A DNA stretch of 61,108 bases, the filler included. It is 12 parts of 12 records of this genome, joined end to end, with 100 filler letters (N's around TTAATTAATTAA, not from the genome) between each part and the next. Parts side by side here need not be neighbours in the genome. Positions count along the whole stretch, not along the records: positions 4,962 to 16,391 come from SRR15195285_7255; positions 16,492 to 19,567 come from SRR15195285_7261; positions 19,668 to 25,367 come from SRR15195285_7268; 9 more parts are not named here. One strand, given 5' to 3'. Shown piece after piece: positions 13,101-22,800 of this stretch. The position numbers and the translations under genes were made by a program. Under the pieces are notes generated by a model, which saw only the letters and a program-made list of their open reading frames with translations, searched no databases and was not told the DNA's origin. Position 1 is the stretch's first letter, and the number at the start of each line of letters is the position of its first letter.

Positions 13101-16100
13101 CCAGACACCCCAAGGAACGAGCCTGTGTCCGGCGAGCCAGCAGTCCCCCGCGCCGATCTCATTGCCTTCCATACATGCCCAACCAAATGCAAGTACCACG
13201 ATTCCACCCACTAACAACAACGCCCCGATGACGAAAACAGGGTGTGCACCCTCCTTTCTGACGGTTCTCATGGCACGAGTGTACCGTTCATGAAACATGC
13301 TTCCAATCACCAAGACTGCACTCGCAATGTAACACTGTATACCAGACCAAAAGTAGTTGTCGTTCAAAATAACGAGTGCTGTGATGAATAGCACGGTTCC
13401 GACCAAAAACAGCACTATACTGTACCGTATCGTTGCCAGGTTCAGATTGTCGTGCGGCATTGTTGCTCTGTCTTCCTTTGTAATCTCACTTTTATCGTAC
13501 ACGAAGCATGCGATTACAGAGCCCAACAAAGCCTGCATCACCCCGAGGATGAGCAACAACGACCCTGGAACTGCCGTCTTCTGGTCTTCAACGTCTTGCC
13601 AAGAGCCTGCAGTTTCAATTAAACTTTCATCGTCAGACTGCGCAGCTGCAGGAGCGAATGCTCCAAATAAAACCTGGACGGCACCAGCCAACATCAAAAC
13701 TGCTCCAAGCTGAAATCTCCAGTCTCGTTTCGATTCTCTCAGTTTAGTCACTGCCACGTCTATTTCCAGCCTGGCTGCCACCGTGAGGGCCAATGCAGCG
13801 CCCCAGCCCATCACCATCCATCCGGAACCGAAAGTGATGTCTGCCCTGTATTTGCTACCAGTAACTACTGATCCAGTGATTACCATCGCTATGCCAACAA
13901 CAAACATCGTTGCCCCAACAGGCACTGGCGGCAGCTTGGCACGTTGGATGAACCTGTTTGCGTCAGCATCTTCGCTGCCTGCAAGCTGTTGCCAGAAGAA
14001 AGAGCACAGCAGCAAATATATCCCAGCGAGCAGGCCGAACATGGACGCATTAACAACCAGGGCAGATGTGGCCGAAATGCCGACAACAGCTCCAACTGCA
14101 CCTCCTAAGAACAGCACGCCCCCAGCGAAGAATGACGTCTTCTTTTTCGCAGTCAGCATTGCAGACTTGTTCCGCGATTTCTGCTTAACAGGAAGTAGTT
14201 CCATACCAGCCGTAACAAGGCCGATCGCGAGGACTACAGCACCAGCGAACATCATCGACGCAGAGGTGGCTTTGGTACTACCTACCTTAATGCTCAGGAA
14301 CATCAACACGATGCCAAGGACACACATCCCAACGCCATAGCCGAAACCATCGCGCACCCACCCAGCCTGCTGAAGCTCCTGTAGTTTTTCGATTGCGCCA
14401 GCCGTATTTGCCACTAACAGCAGCAACCCTACCCCAAGACCAGTAGTGCCCGGCAAAATCATGGTAATGAAGTTACCGATAATGCCGGGCACCAACAGGC
14501 CCACACCGACAATCACCAGAAAAACACCAAACAACATTGGGGGCTGCTTCCTGATCTGAGCAGCGTTCATAGCCTGAATCTTGTTCCAGTACAGTATCAT
14601 GAGTCCCGGACCAGTGCCCAAGAACATTGCTGAGATGGCGAAGGCTGTCATCAGCTTTCCCGAGTCACCGCAGGAGATGCCATCATCTATCTGGTCGCCT
14701 TCAGTAGTTGTAGGCACGGGGGATGTGGACGTGTTCACAGTGGACGTGTTCACATCATTAGTGGCTGCATGTAGTTGGTGGAGTTCCGAAAATTCTGGGA
14801 CTTCGCACGGCACTGCGGACCACGACACACCAGCAACTGCCAGGACAACACCTGCCAGAACTGTAGCCACACATGTCCGGAAAAAAAGCATCTCCAGTGG
14901 CTTGGATTTTCCCTGACTTGCAAGCTGCAGAAGTGTCTTCAAAAACTTTCGCGCGAAGACTGAGAGTGCCAGGAGCAGACCAGCCATCGCAGTGGTGATG
15001 GAGCTTCCTATCAATGCGATGGAGCTGTACATTCCATTCTCCGCACATTCGTCGTTTTTGACGCACACTATCCCCACGAACAAAAACAGTGTCGAGGTAC
15101 TGAATATTGTCAGCCCAATCAACGTCGGCGACTTAGTGAGTTTCGCACGAAGCCCTGTCGCATCCAGCCTGGCAGCATCGAAGTACTCGTAGCAAAAGCC
15201 TAAGAAACCTGTAGACGCAACCATGACGCCTCCTGTGGTCACCATCGTCCCGAAAGCTTGGTTCGTGATGCCAAGCACGAGCACGACCCCGAGAACCGTG
15301 GTGGACGTCCCTATGACAAAGATGAAGATCCACGCTTTCCATCTGGACGTGGCTCGCAGCTCTCCCATCCGCAGCATAAAGCTTTGCATGTCACGTTGGA
15401 ACCGCGTCACAAACAGAAAGCCCACGCCGCTCGCGAGGCACGCAACACCACTCGTGCTCAAGATGGGACCTGTAGACGTTCTGCACTGCCCCGCTTCGAT
15501 CTTGATCGAGGCTTGCAAGCAGGACACACCAATTGGAAGAAAAATCGTCCCCGTGACAATGAGCCCCAAACCCACAAATGACGACCATCTCAACATGAAC
15601 TGCAGCGCCGTGGTCTGTTCCGCCGCTCCCCTGTCCTTGATCTCGTCCCACCTGAGTGCCAGATAGCTGAACCAGTAGCCTCCCATCAAAAGCCCTATCC
15701 CAACACAGGTGATGGTGACTCCTGTTGGCGTGCATGGATCGGAATCGACCGTGTTCACATCTGGGTCGGCAACGTCATCCATCACGTTTGTGGCTGCCTC
15801 GGTAAGGTTGATGTTTCCCGGAGAGTGTGTGGGTGGCACAGGCGCGGGCTTCAGGCATGAGCCTGAGTCACCGACTGCAGCCAGCACTATCCCAGCGATC
15901 GTCGATGCCGAGCCCAGACTGAACATCACTCTTCGGTAGAGCGGTGCGCCTCTCAACGCTAAAAGCTTCGCCCCGAGACCAAGCCCCCACGCATTCACAT
16001 TTACCGCGAAGCCATCGAGCCCTTTTCCGCAAATGGGTATCGTCACCTCGATGCTGGTGCAAAGGATTACCAGCCCCGCCACTGCACAGAGGCCTGCAAT

Positions 16101-16391
16101 AATTGCTTCTCCGACCTGTCCACTTTCACCCACTACGAAAATCTCCACGAACAAAGTCACTGCCACTGCGATAAGAAGGAACGCGCATGGGCGCTGCCAG
16201 TTTTCGCGCATCTGCTGTGAAGATTGCAGATACGCGGTCATACAAACGAAGGCTCCCACGCAAAGGAACACCGCCAGTGTGACCACTACGACAGAGGCCT
16301 CCGCGCAGTCCGGCTCAGCAAGGGCACCGAAGCCGCACGAAACGCCTAGTGCAGCAGTGATGGTCGCCACGGCAACTAATCCAACTGCCGC
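7164..16391 (-). CDS. Giant polytopic membrane protein (>3070 aa): about 24 TM hairpins, PH-like and SAM-like domains, coiled coil, K/E-rich tail; 5'-truncated
   Basis: 9.2-kb stop-free ORF still open at the contig edge (AAVGLVAVATIT...). Regular pairs of hydrophobic segments separated by K/R-rich linkers. Confidence 0.9.
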   Translation of the reverse strand, partial: AAVGLVAVATITAALGVSCGFGALAEPDCAEASVVVVTLAVFLCVGAFVCMTAYLQSSQQMRENWQRPCAFLLIAVAVTLFVEIFVVGESGQVGEAIIAGLCAVAGLVILCTSIEVTIPICGKGLDGFAVNVNAWGLGLGAKLLALRGAPLYRRVMFSLGSASTIAGIVLAAVGDSGSCLKPAPVPPTHSPGNINLTEAATNVMDDVADPDVNTVDSDPCTPTGVTITCVGIGLLMGGYWFSYLALRWDEIKDRGAAEQTTALQFMLRWSSFVGLGLIVTGTIFLPIGVSCLQASIKIEAGQCRTSTGPILSTSGVACLASGVGFLFVTRFQRDMQSFMLRMGELRATSRWKAWIFIFVIGTSTTVLGVVLVLGITNQAFGTMVTTGGVMVASTGFLGFCYEYFDAARLDATGLRAKLTKSPTLIGLTIFSTSTLFLFVGIVCVKNDECAENGMYSSIALIGSSITTAMAGLLLALSVFARKFLKTLLQLASQGKSKPLEMLFFRTCVATVLAGVVLAVAGVSWSAVPCEVPEFSELHQLHAATNDVNTSTVNTSTSPVPTTTEGDQIDDGISCGDSGKLMTAFAISAMFLGTGPGLMILYWNKIQAMNAAQIRKQPPMLFGVFLVIVGVGLLVPGIIGNFITMILPGTTGLGVGLLLLVANTAGAIEKLQELQQAGWVRDGFGYGVGMCVLGIVLMFLSIKVGSTKATSASMMFAGAVVLAIGLVTAGMELLPVKQKSRNKSAMLTAKKKTSFFAGGVLFLGGAVGAVVGISATSALVVNASMFGLLAGIYLLLCSFFWQQLAGSEDADANRFIQRAKLPPVPVGATMFVVGIAMVITGSVVTGSKYRADITFGSGWMVMGWGAALALTVAARLEIDVAVTKLRESKRDWRFQLGAVLMLAGAVQVLFGAFAPAAAQSDDESLIETAGSWQDVEDQKTAVPGSLLLILGVMQALLGSVIACFVYDKSEITKEDRATMPHDNLNLATIRYSIVLFLVGTVLFITALVILNDNYFWSGIQCYIASAVLVIGSMFHERYTRAMRTVRKEGAHPVFVIGALLLVGGIVVLAFGWACMEGNEIGAGDCWLAGHRLVPWGVWLIGLGYYMVFMKLEWRVLSDWKPDYPDKAWENLKRLHPTYTALTFIVSAIVIGSVAAALMDDNLVGVDCSPGTPCYGPPGGPRNTGWLLMKMAFALMGNGVLILGTMILRMKLGEDFNVGEALRSLQGFLERWFCRFDAVCILGNSLTVLALMAFLFGLICISGDTCETVGVWFTMVSVDVFCLGILLRLWKYAIEYADTDEGGERKVLKVFQDGFVCFGIGIVVTGVITLSGGIACLDGSIGGTTECRPAGIFFTTFGSCVILLGLLVTAGASYYSKLADADKLRSSMAIRKAMGPLWHLFTTEDGPTKGRMLALFIDIAGIVVFSFGAACLNDTLVGKDDCRAAGFVLVIVGPSVLLCGLLSACMINHDKLMSSASSGLKNVAKKPLWVAGEVFFVIGVVLTSVGWACAKNNLGKIEDCDRRKANITLVFGVPTFATGLVCMVLSFMYWNTVTPADRPSWDKAFMFLKAIVGPKVGKKTPLTVVGLMLLVPGIALLISGGFCVTTPTRIDEDAGVVLPNCQKAGKVMIIVGAVLGPLGLLINVVTAWWKVYADEKTQNNTRLYGRRLKRTFGAGDNTKAGNAISSLGLIVVGSVLLAVGWAGLVGTLAGQRTGLDRGYILPHNGVLLVLMGGSLMLFSFGMIYAQFRSTGVDYKADQALLATFWPRLWKNSSWFWGTFLLVLCTTMCSLSFACFDDNVVGVKATVKVWPRITQQTFGSRSVVTVNGTVLNPTFYDNLAENCRSHQFCLVVGEGPNATCVNDHTVPRKYISEAEKEVWDKKECEQIAAGKWMHPTERNECPLSFAIVLMSTFAPLWFLGLILMALGWFSSLGTADKDRWRQFARRTIKKPSFIVGLFCLASGIVLGSVGAACANNTLVGVEDCVETGWVLLYIGIATTLIGLVGTTVTERTFRPYEDYDDEKKQDTDKQMLMFCVTQLAVPFFTWGVACTSGGPPLYYTCGPTGIWGGLFLMMMPSWTIGLGMGMYVKWNSICGGCVRGLDTIIADPRTAPVVVLRAVKAKEKEWKNYRAQNPNVAERVDNANDCCNNCCQSFTNFVLGCVDNRYFCARWILANYIPPPEEDDANEAGLAPDDISVSGFDDDSDEEAGSFAALLKGRKMKLVPGWDKTPPRRQCCWTVAVRQQPAEERAFWMTERPLELRWAVRRGTFFTRARVMGCREDVTRWADEIEHMRGLIDEIETKPFGPERPADDEDLTTLQKLKLDAATPTQADINEEERMRRQLLDVIAEKIDLLEQYQARSFTIHTEQKGDVQIMVPLETSDGRRLTQTDAESVRDMWVEKLQDMIAEAEAADELQNAEGDGVVDDDDSDDGDDDSSGGLDVSLANWLQENNLSSTADVLQDFIKPLTIEEVKRLTRKSMTDLGMDDELNEKEMEAFENALEWEPVKKHKKPSDYPKSKVVLKVQVRGGAGAAGSGLLYSFKEQRVEHPKLEPNDNDEIALLETIAAHINRDESMGDNYLPLTATKIQLAPDYCLDDGSSGEPLASNTPTGADAPAQQAAEPSTSAAAAVALAEAAHQAIVDQYTAAQAAEENDVEEDVGADTDHLARLDDLMQRQEAARQRLDRAAAWHSAETELAALVAERAEAQALLDTQPAGTVNDDLQQRLEKAVSAEKEAAEQLRDAKAVHEEEYGAEAEAEDAQGYMRPLGKEDAISASEEYAPAAGDSWTLTLVLPGDVIEWQRVNGLGEKPCRSVELGVAESLDLAGDHYEIEVLSVMEFTSRQKKQMDKSRRKTTEQREAARKQFFKDKGPQSDEGKTSAVEGKSRWRRRSKKEQTEEKDDVDQDNQPEELVKKRPSFRSLFNRNKGAEPEAEAEADGDPKPQPEPEITDESLVPPVDEGLVPPADQALADEAPADGLVPPADEAPAEDQLESTDPKTARKERARKEKERKKEEKERKKEEKKKAKADKKSEQRREREAKKKAKEDKNAAAAADAMPMTEAEPDQPEADVQAEPQAEA
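7440..7555 (-). repeat. Coding tandem repeat (DExLVPPxD / DEAPA units)
   Basis: Repeated CAGGTGGCACGAGAC and GCTGGTGCTTCGTC motifs. Confidence 0.8.
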
Positions 16392-16491
16392 NNNNNNNNN
16401 NNNNNNNNNNNNNNNNNNNNNNNNNNNNNNNNNNNTTAATTAATTAANNNNNNNNNNNNNNNNNNNNNNNNNNNNNNNNNNNNNNNNNNNN
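16392..16491. other. Artificial contig spacer
   Basis: 44 N + TTAATTAATTAA + 44 N. Confidence 0.99.
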
Positions 16492-16667
16492 CGCTGTACG
16501 GCGGGCTGGTGAAGCTTCATATACGTACGCTCTCATCGCTATCGGGCTATCTATACGGTGACCGTTCCGGCTGGCCACCCTTACTCTGCCTCCGCCCGCC
16601 GTGGTGAATCCCGGGCGAGAGGCGCAGGGAAGCGAGTGAGGGAATATTGTACTCTGGGGAGGAGAGG

Positions 16668-17593
16668 ATGGAGCTGGTGCCAGCGACGCCGCAAAACGAC
16701 GTGACGCACCAGCTGCGCGTGGCAAAGTCTGAGCGACGAGGGCAGCTCGCGCTCCAAGGCGGCGACCTTGCGGCCAGGGCAGACGCCGCATCGCCGCGCA
16801 TACAAGCACGGCCTGTGGATTGCTCCAGCCCGCCGCCCCTGCAGCTCCACTCGCTGCACTACGACGTTGTTCGGCACATAGCGAACGCAAAGATGGAGCG
16901 CCGTGCGCTACGCTCCCCGCGGTTGTCCCAGACATCCGTGCTTGCATCACCGCGCTCCGCCGTGGTAACTCCCCGAGGGCGGGTTCGGCTCTCTACAGCT
17001 CCGGTGGGCCAGCGGAGCCCGACAGGGACGGAATCCAGCGCGAGCGGTGGTGATGCGGCGCGAGACGCGGCGTTTACCCCGACAGGCTCCTTGGGGTTGA
17101 CACCCAGGGTTAGTGCGACTTCACCGGCGACCTCGCCGCCGAAATCGCCAGGAGAGGACTTCATCACACCGCCCTCACGTCAGGCAAGCACCAGGCCCGG
17201 GACAGGTGCGGAGACGACTGTAGCTGCAGACAAGAGCGGCCTCTCGGCAATGACATTTTCACCCTTAGCACGGCGAGTTAGTACGCGGCCGGCGCGCCCC
17301 TTGGTGCCTGAGCGGGTTTTCCGACACAAAGAGCTTGAAGCGTCGATCAGGTGCGCCACGCAGGCACAGAGGAGTGTGCAAGGCGCTCTCATGTGAACGC
17401 CGCTAAGCGGGTTGACATGTCTCCAGCACCGAGCCTAACTCGTGCATGCTCGTGGTGCGTTTGACCTGGTCTGATCAGGGCTGACAGTGCGAAGGAACGC
17501 GTCGATATATTACTTAGCGAGTCGTACGTTTACAGTAAGCGCCGTGCCGCTGGCACGTCACGGTTCTCCCTAGAGCCCAGCACAGACAAATAG
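16668..17593 (+). CDS. Hypothetical S/P/T-rich protein; intron 17351-17478
   Basis: ORF from ATG 16668. AG|GTGCGC...CAG|G splicing gives in-frame RADSAKERVDILLSESYVYSKRR...TDK*. Confidence 0.55.
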
Positions 17594-17755
17594 AACGACA
17601 TGGACAGCTTGCGCCTGGCCGTGTCGGTCGCATGACCTGTTTCTAGCCTACACAGATGGAAGGACCGTGCCGTATACTTTCGTGATCTTGAGAATGCATC
17701 TCTGATATTGTTGCTGTCCTCCTCCCAGACCAGGCATTGCCTTGCATCGTTGAAT

Positions 17756-19377
17756 TCAATATTCTGAAAAATTCTGGTGACCGGTCTCAGTCGCGTGCTT
17801 CACAGCATCTTCTTGCCCAATCAAGCCCTGTTGGCAAACTAGGCAACGTAGTGCAAATTTACTTGTGTCGGTGAACTGACGCGCAGCCTGAGCCTCGCGC
17901 GCCAAGGCCACCGCTGCCTCCACTACCGCAGCGTTTCCTACTTCAAACGAAGTCACATCCATTGCCTGTCTATCCGGGAGCGATGGTACCTGCACAATGC
18001 GCTTGGTGATATTATACAGTGCTGCTGCACGTCCTTAGCAATGCAGACTTTGACACGCACAGCCTCCAACAGCCCGTCGGCCTCTAACCCCAACGCATCG
18101 TAGTGGAGGCCATCGTAAATCAGCATCGCACGATTCGGCCTGCGCGCTCATTTGATCAGGTGTAGTAAAGAAGTGTCCTTTGCCAATACATCATTCTGTG
18201 TCTTGCGTGGCTCACTGAGTCTAACGCAACATCTGGCTGCTGCAAAAAACTGAACTAAGGTAAGAACTTCTATCAACCAGCTGCAAAAGCTGTACTGACT
18301 GTAGTGCTCACCAGCCGTTGCCTTCCCCGTAGTGATCGACACGCAGTGTCTGAATGCAAACGCAAGAAATTACCGTCTTATAGTGCTGGCAGAGAATCGA
18401 AAGCTCAATGGCCCCACCCCAGTGATCACTACCGCAGATCCACTCAGCGTAGCGTCTACCACACGCAGTCCGAGCGTGAGCTGAGGGTGCAGGTACTCTG
18501 AATGATGCGACGAAACTATGCTCATAAATGCTGCGAGGTGCCAAAGACAGGATGTTGGCAATAGCATGGCTCACTGTGTAGGCTTTCCCAAGATTGCATC
18601 ACTGTACTGCACTGGGTCTGCCAGGACAGTGTCCGCTACCAGCTTGCGCAGTCGAGACGCTGAGCTGAGATGCCGATCACCATCGCAGACGTAGCCGACC
18701 GAGTTGAAGAGACAGGAGTTGTCCGCCGGCACCACTCGCCGGTGCAAGGAGCCCCCCGCGCCAGCAACCATCGCACCTGTCGTTGGGTATGCGCGGCTAC
18801 GCTGCTGCGCTGCCGCAGCTGCCGCTGATGGCGCTGATGGCGTCATTGCAGAACCACCTGCTGCTCGGGCTCCACGTTGCACACCTGGCGAGTCCCCACC
18901 ACCGAGCAGGATCTGAACGGCGGCTTGCACGTCGCCGCCTGCTGCACCTAGCGCGCCAGTGGCTTCTGCGGCAGAGAAGCCCATGGCACACAGCTGTTGG
19001 ATTGCTGGCCCGTCCGCAACCACGTGTGCGCTCGCGGGAGTGGGAGCTGGCGGCGTCAGATCTGCTGTCACAGGCTCTACCGGCGTGGGGAGTGCGGCAG
19101 TTGTTGGCAGTGGTGCAGGAGCAGCAGCTTGGGGGCCTCTATCCTCGACCACCATCGTGTCACCATCAGTGATGCCAAGTTCGGCCAGGGTGCTCGCCGG
19201 CGCTGCGTCTGGGATCAAGGTTGGCGGAAAGCCAGCACGCAGGCCTTGCTGCGCAGCAGGGATCTGCAGTTCGCTCTGAATGAGGCTCTTCAACTGCTGC
19301 AGGCTCCAGTCTGAGCGCACGCCGTTGAGGACCGCCCCTCCGGCAGGGCCACGCACCCGCAAGCGCAGAGCCGACAT
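17756..19377 (-). CDS. YOD1: OTU1/YOD1-type deubiquitinase (UBL, UBA-like, OTU, C2H2 Zn finger); introns 18456-18574, 18140-18311, 17990-18060
   Basis: LRLRVRG UBL with GFPP; PADNSCLF catalytic Cys; WGGAIELSIL; YDGLHYDAL; LRCLVC...H...TGHQNFSEY. All splices keep frame. Confidence 0.92.
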
Positions 19378-19567
19378 TGCGCTCGTGCCCCTCACGCAGC
19401 TGCTCACCGACTGCAGGGTGGCCCTCAAATTCGACAAATGCATGATAATTGTAGGCGGGGCCACCCTGGGAATATTATGCATTCCGGCGGTCCCGGATCG
19501 GCCGGTGAGAATTAGCCATCCGTCGCCGCGCGGAGGCGCCAGATGATGGCGATGATGGAGGGATAGA

Positions 19568-19667
19568 NNNNNNNNNNNNNNNNNNNNNNNNNNNNNNNNN
19601 NNNNNNNNNNNTTAATTAATTAANNNNNNNNNNNNNNNNNNNNNNNNNNNNNNNNNNNNNNNNNNNN
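19568..19667. other. Artificial contig spacer
   Basis: 44 N + TTAATTAATTAA + 44 N. Confidence 0.99.
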
Positions 19668-19850
19668 CGCAGCTGGAACTCGGAGATATAAACAGGGATG
19701 CGTGTACCATAACAGCGTGCCCTGAGTTCCATAGAGTGCATGGAATGCTATCGTGACGGTTTCTGTCTAAATGACCTAGCCCACTCAACCTCTGGGGTAT
19801 ACTATATCTAGTAAATCTCTCACCTCGTGAACCTCTCTTTGCTTTTCATT

Positions 19851-22800
19851 TCATACATGTACTTCACTAAACACATGTACTTTGTCGAGGCAATTCTCAT
19901 CCTCTTCACTCGCAGCAGCAACAATCTGCTCGACCGCTGGTGGTATCCGAGGAAACGCTTCATGAAGGAAACCGATACAGCCCTAGAGGCAATCTCTTAA
20001 TTGTGTGGTGATAGGCATTGCTACCGCCCAGATCACACACAGCCGAATAAAATGAAGACAGCCCCACGTACGGCCAGAGAGCCACGTGGAGGGCGTCGAG
20101 GCGATGGCTGAGAAGTCTTCGCGACCACCGGAGACGTGGTCCCTACAGGTGTGAGCGTGTTCGCGTCCAGCTGCTTCACGGACACCTTACCCGTCGGTCT
20201 ACCTGTCGTTCCGTGGGTTTCTCTTTTCATCTTCGCTCCTGCCTGCTGGTCGTTAAACGCAATGAGTAGTTCGTCGTCATAGGTTGATTCTTGAGGAGTC
20301 GGAGGAGGTGTCGCGCTCGCCATCCCGACTGGCGTGAGCGTCGTAGTATCCACCTGCTTCACCGACACTTTTCTCTTTCGGTAGAGTGTCTCGGTCTTGC
20401 GTTCGGCCCAGTTATCGTCGAATGCAACATTTTTGTCCAGCGACACGTCCGGAAAGTCGTCCTGGCCGAATGAGACTGCAGCTGCGCGCTTCTCAGCATT
20501 TTCCCAGGCGTCACCTTTACCACCCTGCATCCGCTCCTCCACCTGCTGAAGGGCCTTTTGCTGTCGCACTTGAGTGCGCATCCTCTCCTTCCGTTGCGTA
20601 TATGCCGCCATGCTGCGTGGGCCACAAAAAAGGGCTAAGGCAACGAGGATGATTAAGGAAAATATTATCGTAAGGATTAGAGCCCATGGAGGCGGAGGAG
20701 GTGGGACAATTTCGATCTCGCATGCATCACCCGTCCATCCAGAAGCACATTCGCAGTGATAGGAATCGAAGCCATCAATGCAGACAGAGTTGCTATGCTG
20801 GCACACGACGCCAGCACAGTCATCGACGCTCGAAGTACAGTATTTGCCGGTCCAGGCAGCAGTGCAGACGCATGTGTATGTATCGTCCCCGTCAACACAG
20901 GTCGCTCCGTTGCGGCAAGTATGACCTACGCAGTCATCGACGTTGATTGCAACCGCAAACTGTGTCAGATGACAGATCTGGACATGCAGAAGCTTTGCCA
21001 CCTTGTCACGCTCTGTCCACGGTGCAGGCTCATCTGCACCTGGTGGGGGACAAGTGTTTTCGGCACGAATCCAGCTCTCCGAGTAGACATCGTACAGCAG
21101 TAGCTCTGGAAAGACCTCCGCCTCTGCGGGCTGCTCTGTGAGCGACAATAATGAACCAGGATCGTATGCCAGGGATATTATGGCAGGCTTAGCAAACACA
21201 TAGCCATCTACCTTCGACCCATTCTCGTCTTTCACTCCAATCTCGAAGGTGTAGCCACCATACGAAAATCCAGATGGGGCTTTGTCAGCTGGATCTTCTG
21301 CGTCTGGGTCGTCGTCCACCCGCCCAGCAACAAGACTTACACCGTCATCGATTGCACCAGCTGGTGCAGCAAACGATCCAACCAGAGGTTGCTCGGCAGA
21401 TGCTTGCGGACCCGAAGAATTGCCGTCCGTGCTTACCGGGCCCGAGTCAAACATCATGCCCGTTGGTTTCGTGGAATCAACCTGGACTTCAGCGGTACCC
21501 ACTTTGATTCCATTCGAGACGATGCTTGAAGATACAGCGCCAGACTCCGTCAAGGCTCTGGTTTCTAGCATGTAGATTTCCTTGACTTCAAGATCAAGGC
21601 CTCCCTTCCCGAACAGGGTCCTGTCGAACGCCCACGTCCAATTGGTAAGGACCACTCCAGATTCTTGGTGACGCACCCTGAATTCATAAAACGGCTTGGT
21701 CTGGTTGTCGATGGCTTTCCAGTTGCCGAGGATAAGGTTAGTGTACTCTTGATTGTTCACATCCCCAGTAAGTCCTTCGTTGCATTCCACCATCGTGGGG
21801 GGGCTCTTATCGACAACAAAGCCATCTGTGCTGATGTTGGACACAAGGCCTGCGCCATTGCGAACAAGCAACGTAGCATAGTAATCAATGCGCTCGTGCT
21901 CAATCCAGCACCCTTGCACACCAGGTGCACAGGTGGTCCCATCATCACAGCTACCGAACACTTGAGGATATAGTGGTGCGCAAGCTGGGTGCTGCGGCAC
22001 ATGCTGCGAGGCACACTCTTCTTTGCTCGTCACGTTCGGCAAGACGACCCCACTCGAATCGACGCAAGTCTTGAACATGCTGACGTTCAGACTCGCCTGT
22101 GCCTCAGCCGCAGTGGCATTGACAGGGATATCAAAGAAGCTGATCACGTCGGTCAAGCCAGGCTGAGTGCCCCAACCAATCTGTAGGGACTCAATCCCAC
22201 TTTCTGTGTCCGAAAAGCCCGTCCATGCCGCACGAACTAGACTTCTCGACCACTGCGCATCCATGTCCATGTCAACAGGGGCGAACATATTCAGTTCGGC
22301 CAGTCCATCGATGAAGTAACCTCCAGAGTCGTACCACTCGTCGGTGATGGGTGGAGTCCTATCATAGGTGGAACCACCCGACAGCGTCTCGTTAGCAAGG
22401 CCGGACTCAGCGTGTGCCGACACCTCGAGGACCACCTCTGTGCCGTTGGAAATCACGCCCGCCTCACCACCAACTTCCACGAGCAGAGTGTCGTTGTTCG
22501 CAATGCACCAGCGACCCACACACGATGTACACTGGTCAGATAGGCCACCTGGAGAGACGTGCCCAAGGGGGCACGCCCGGCACTCGAATGGTGGCAGGCC
22601 TTGATGTAGAACGGGCGTGCGGTGGTGGCCTCGGGCACAAAACGCAGTTGTGTAGACCCTCTTTTCACCGCTGCTGTCCTCCGCGACAAAGAGGATGCGC
22701 TCGTCCTGCATTTGACTCGTCACTATCGTGTCCGTCCTGGTGGTTGTCACCTGGCCCAACAGACCTGGCCTATCCGGTCCATCGATATGGTAAATCAAAA

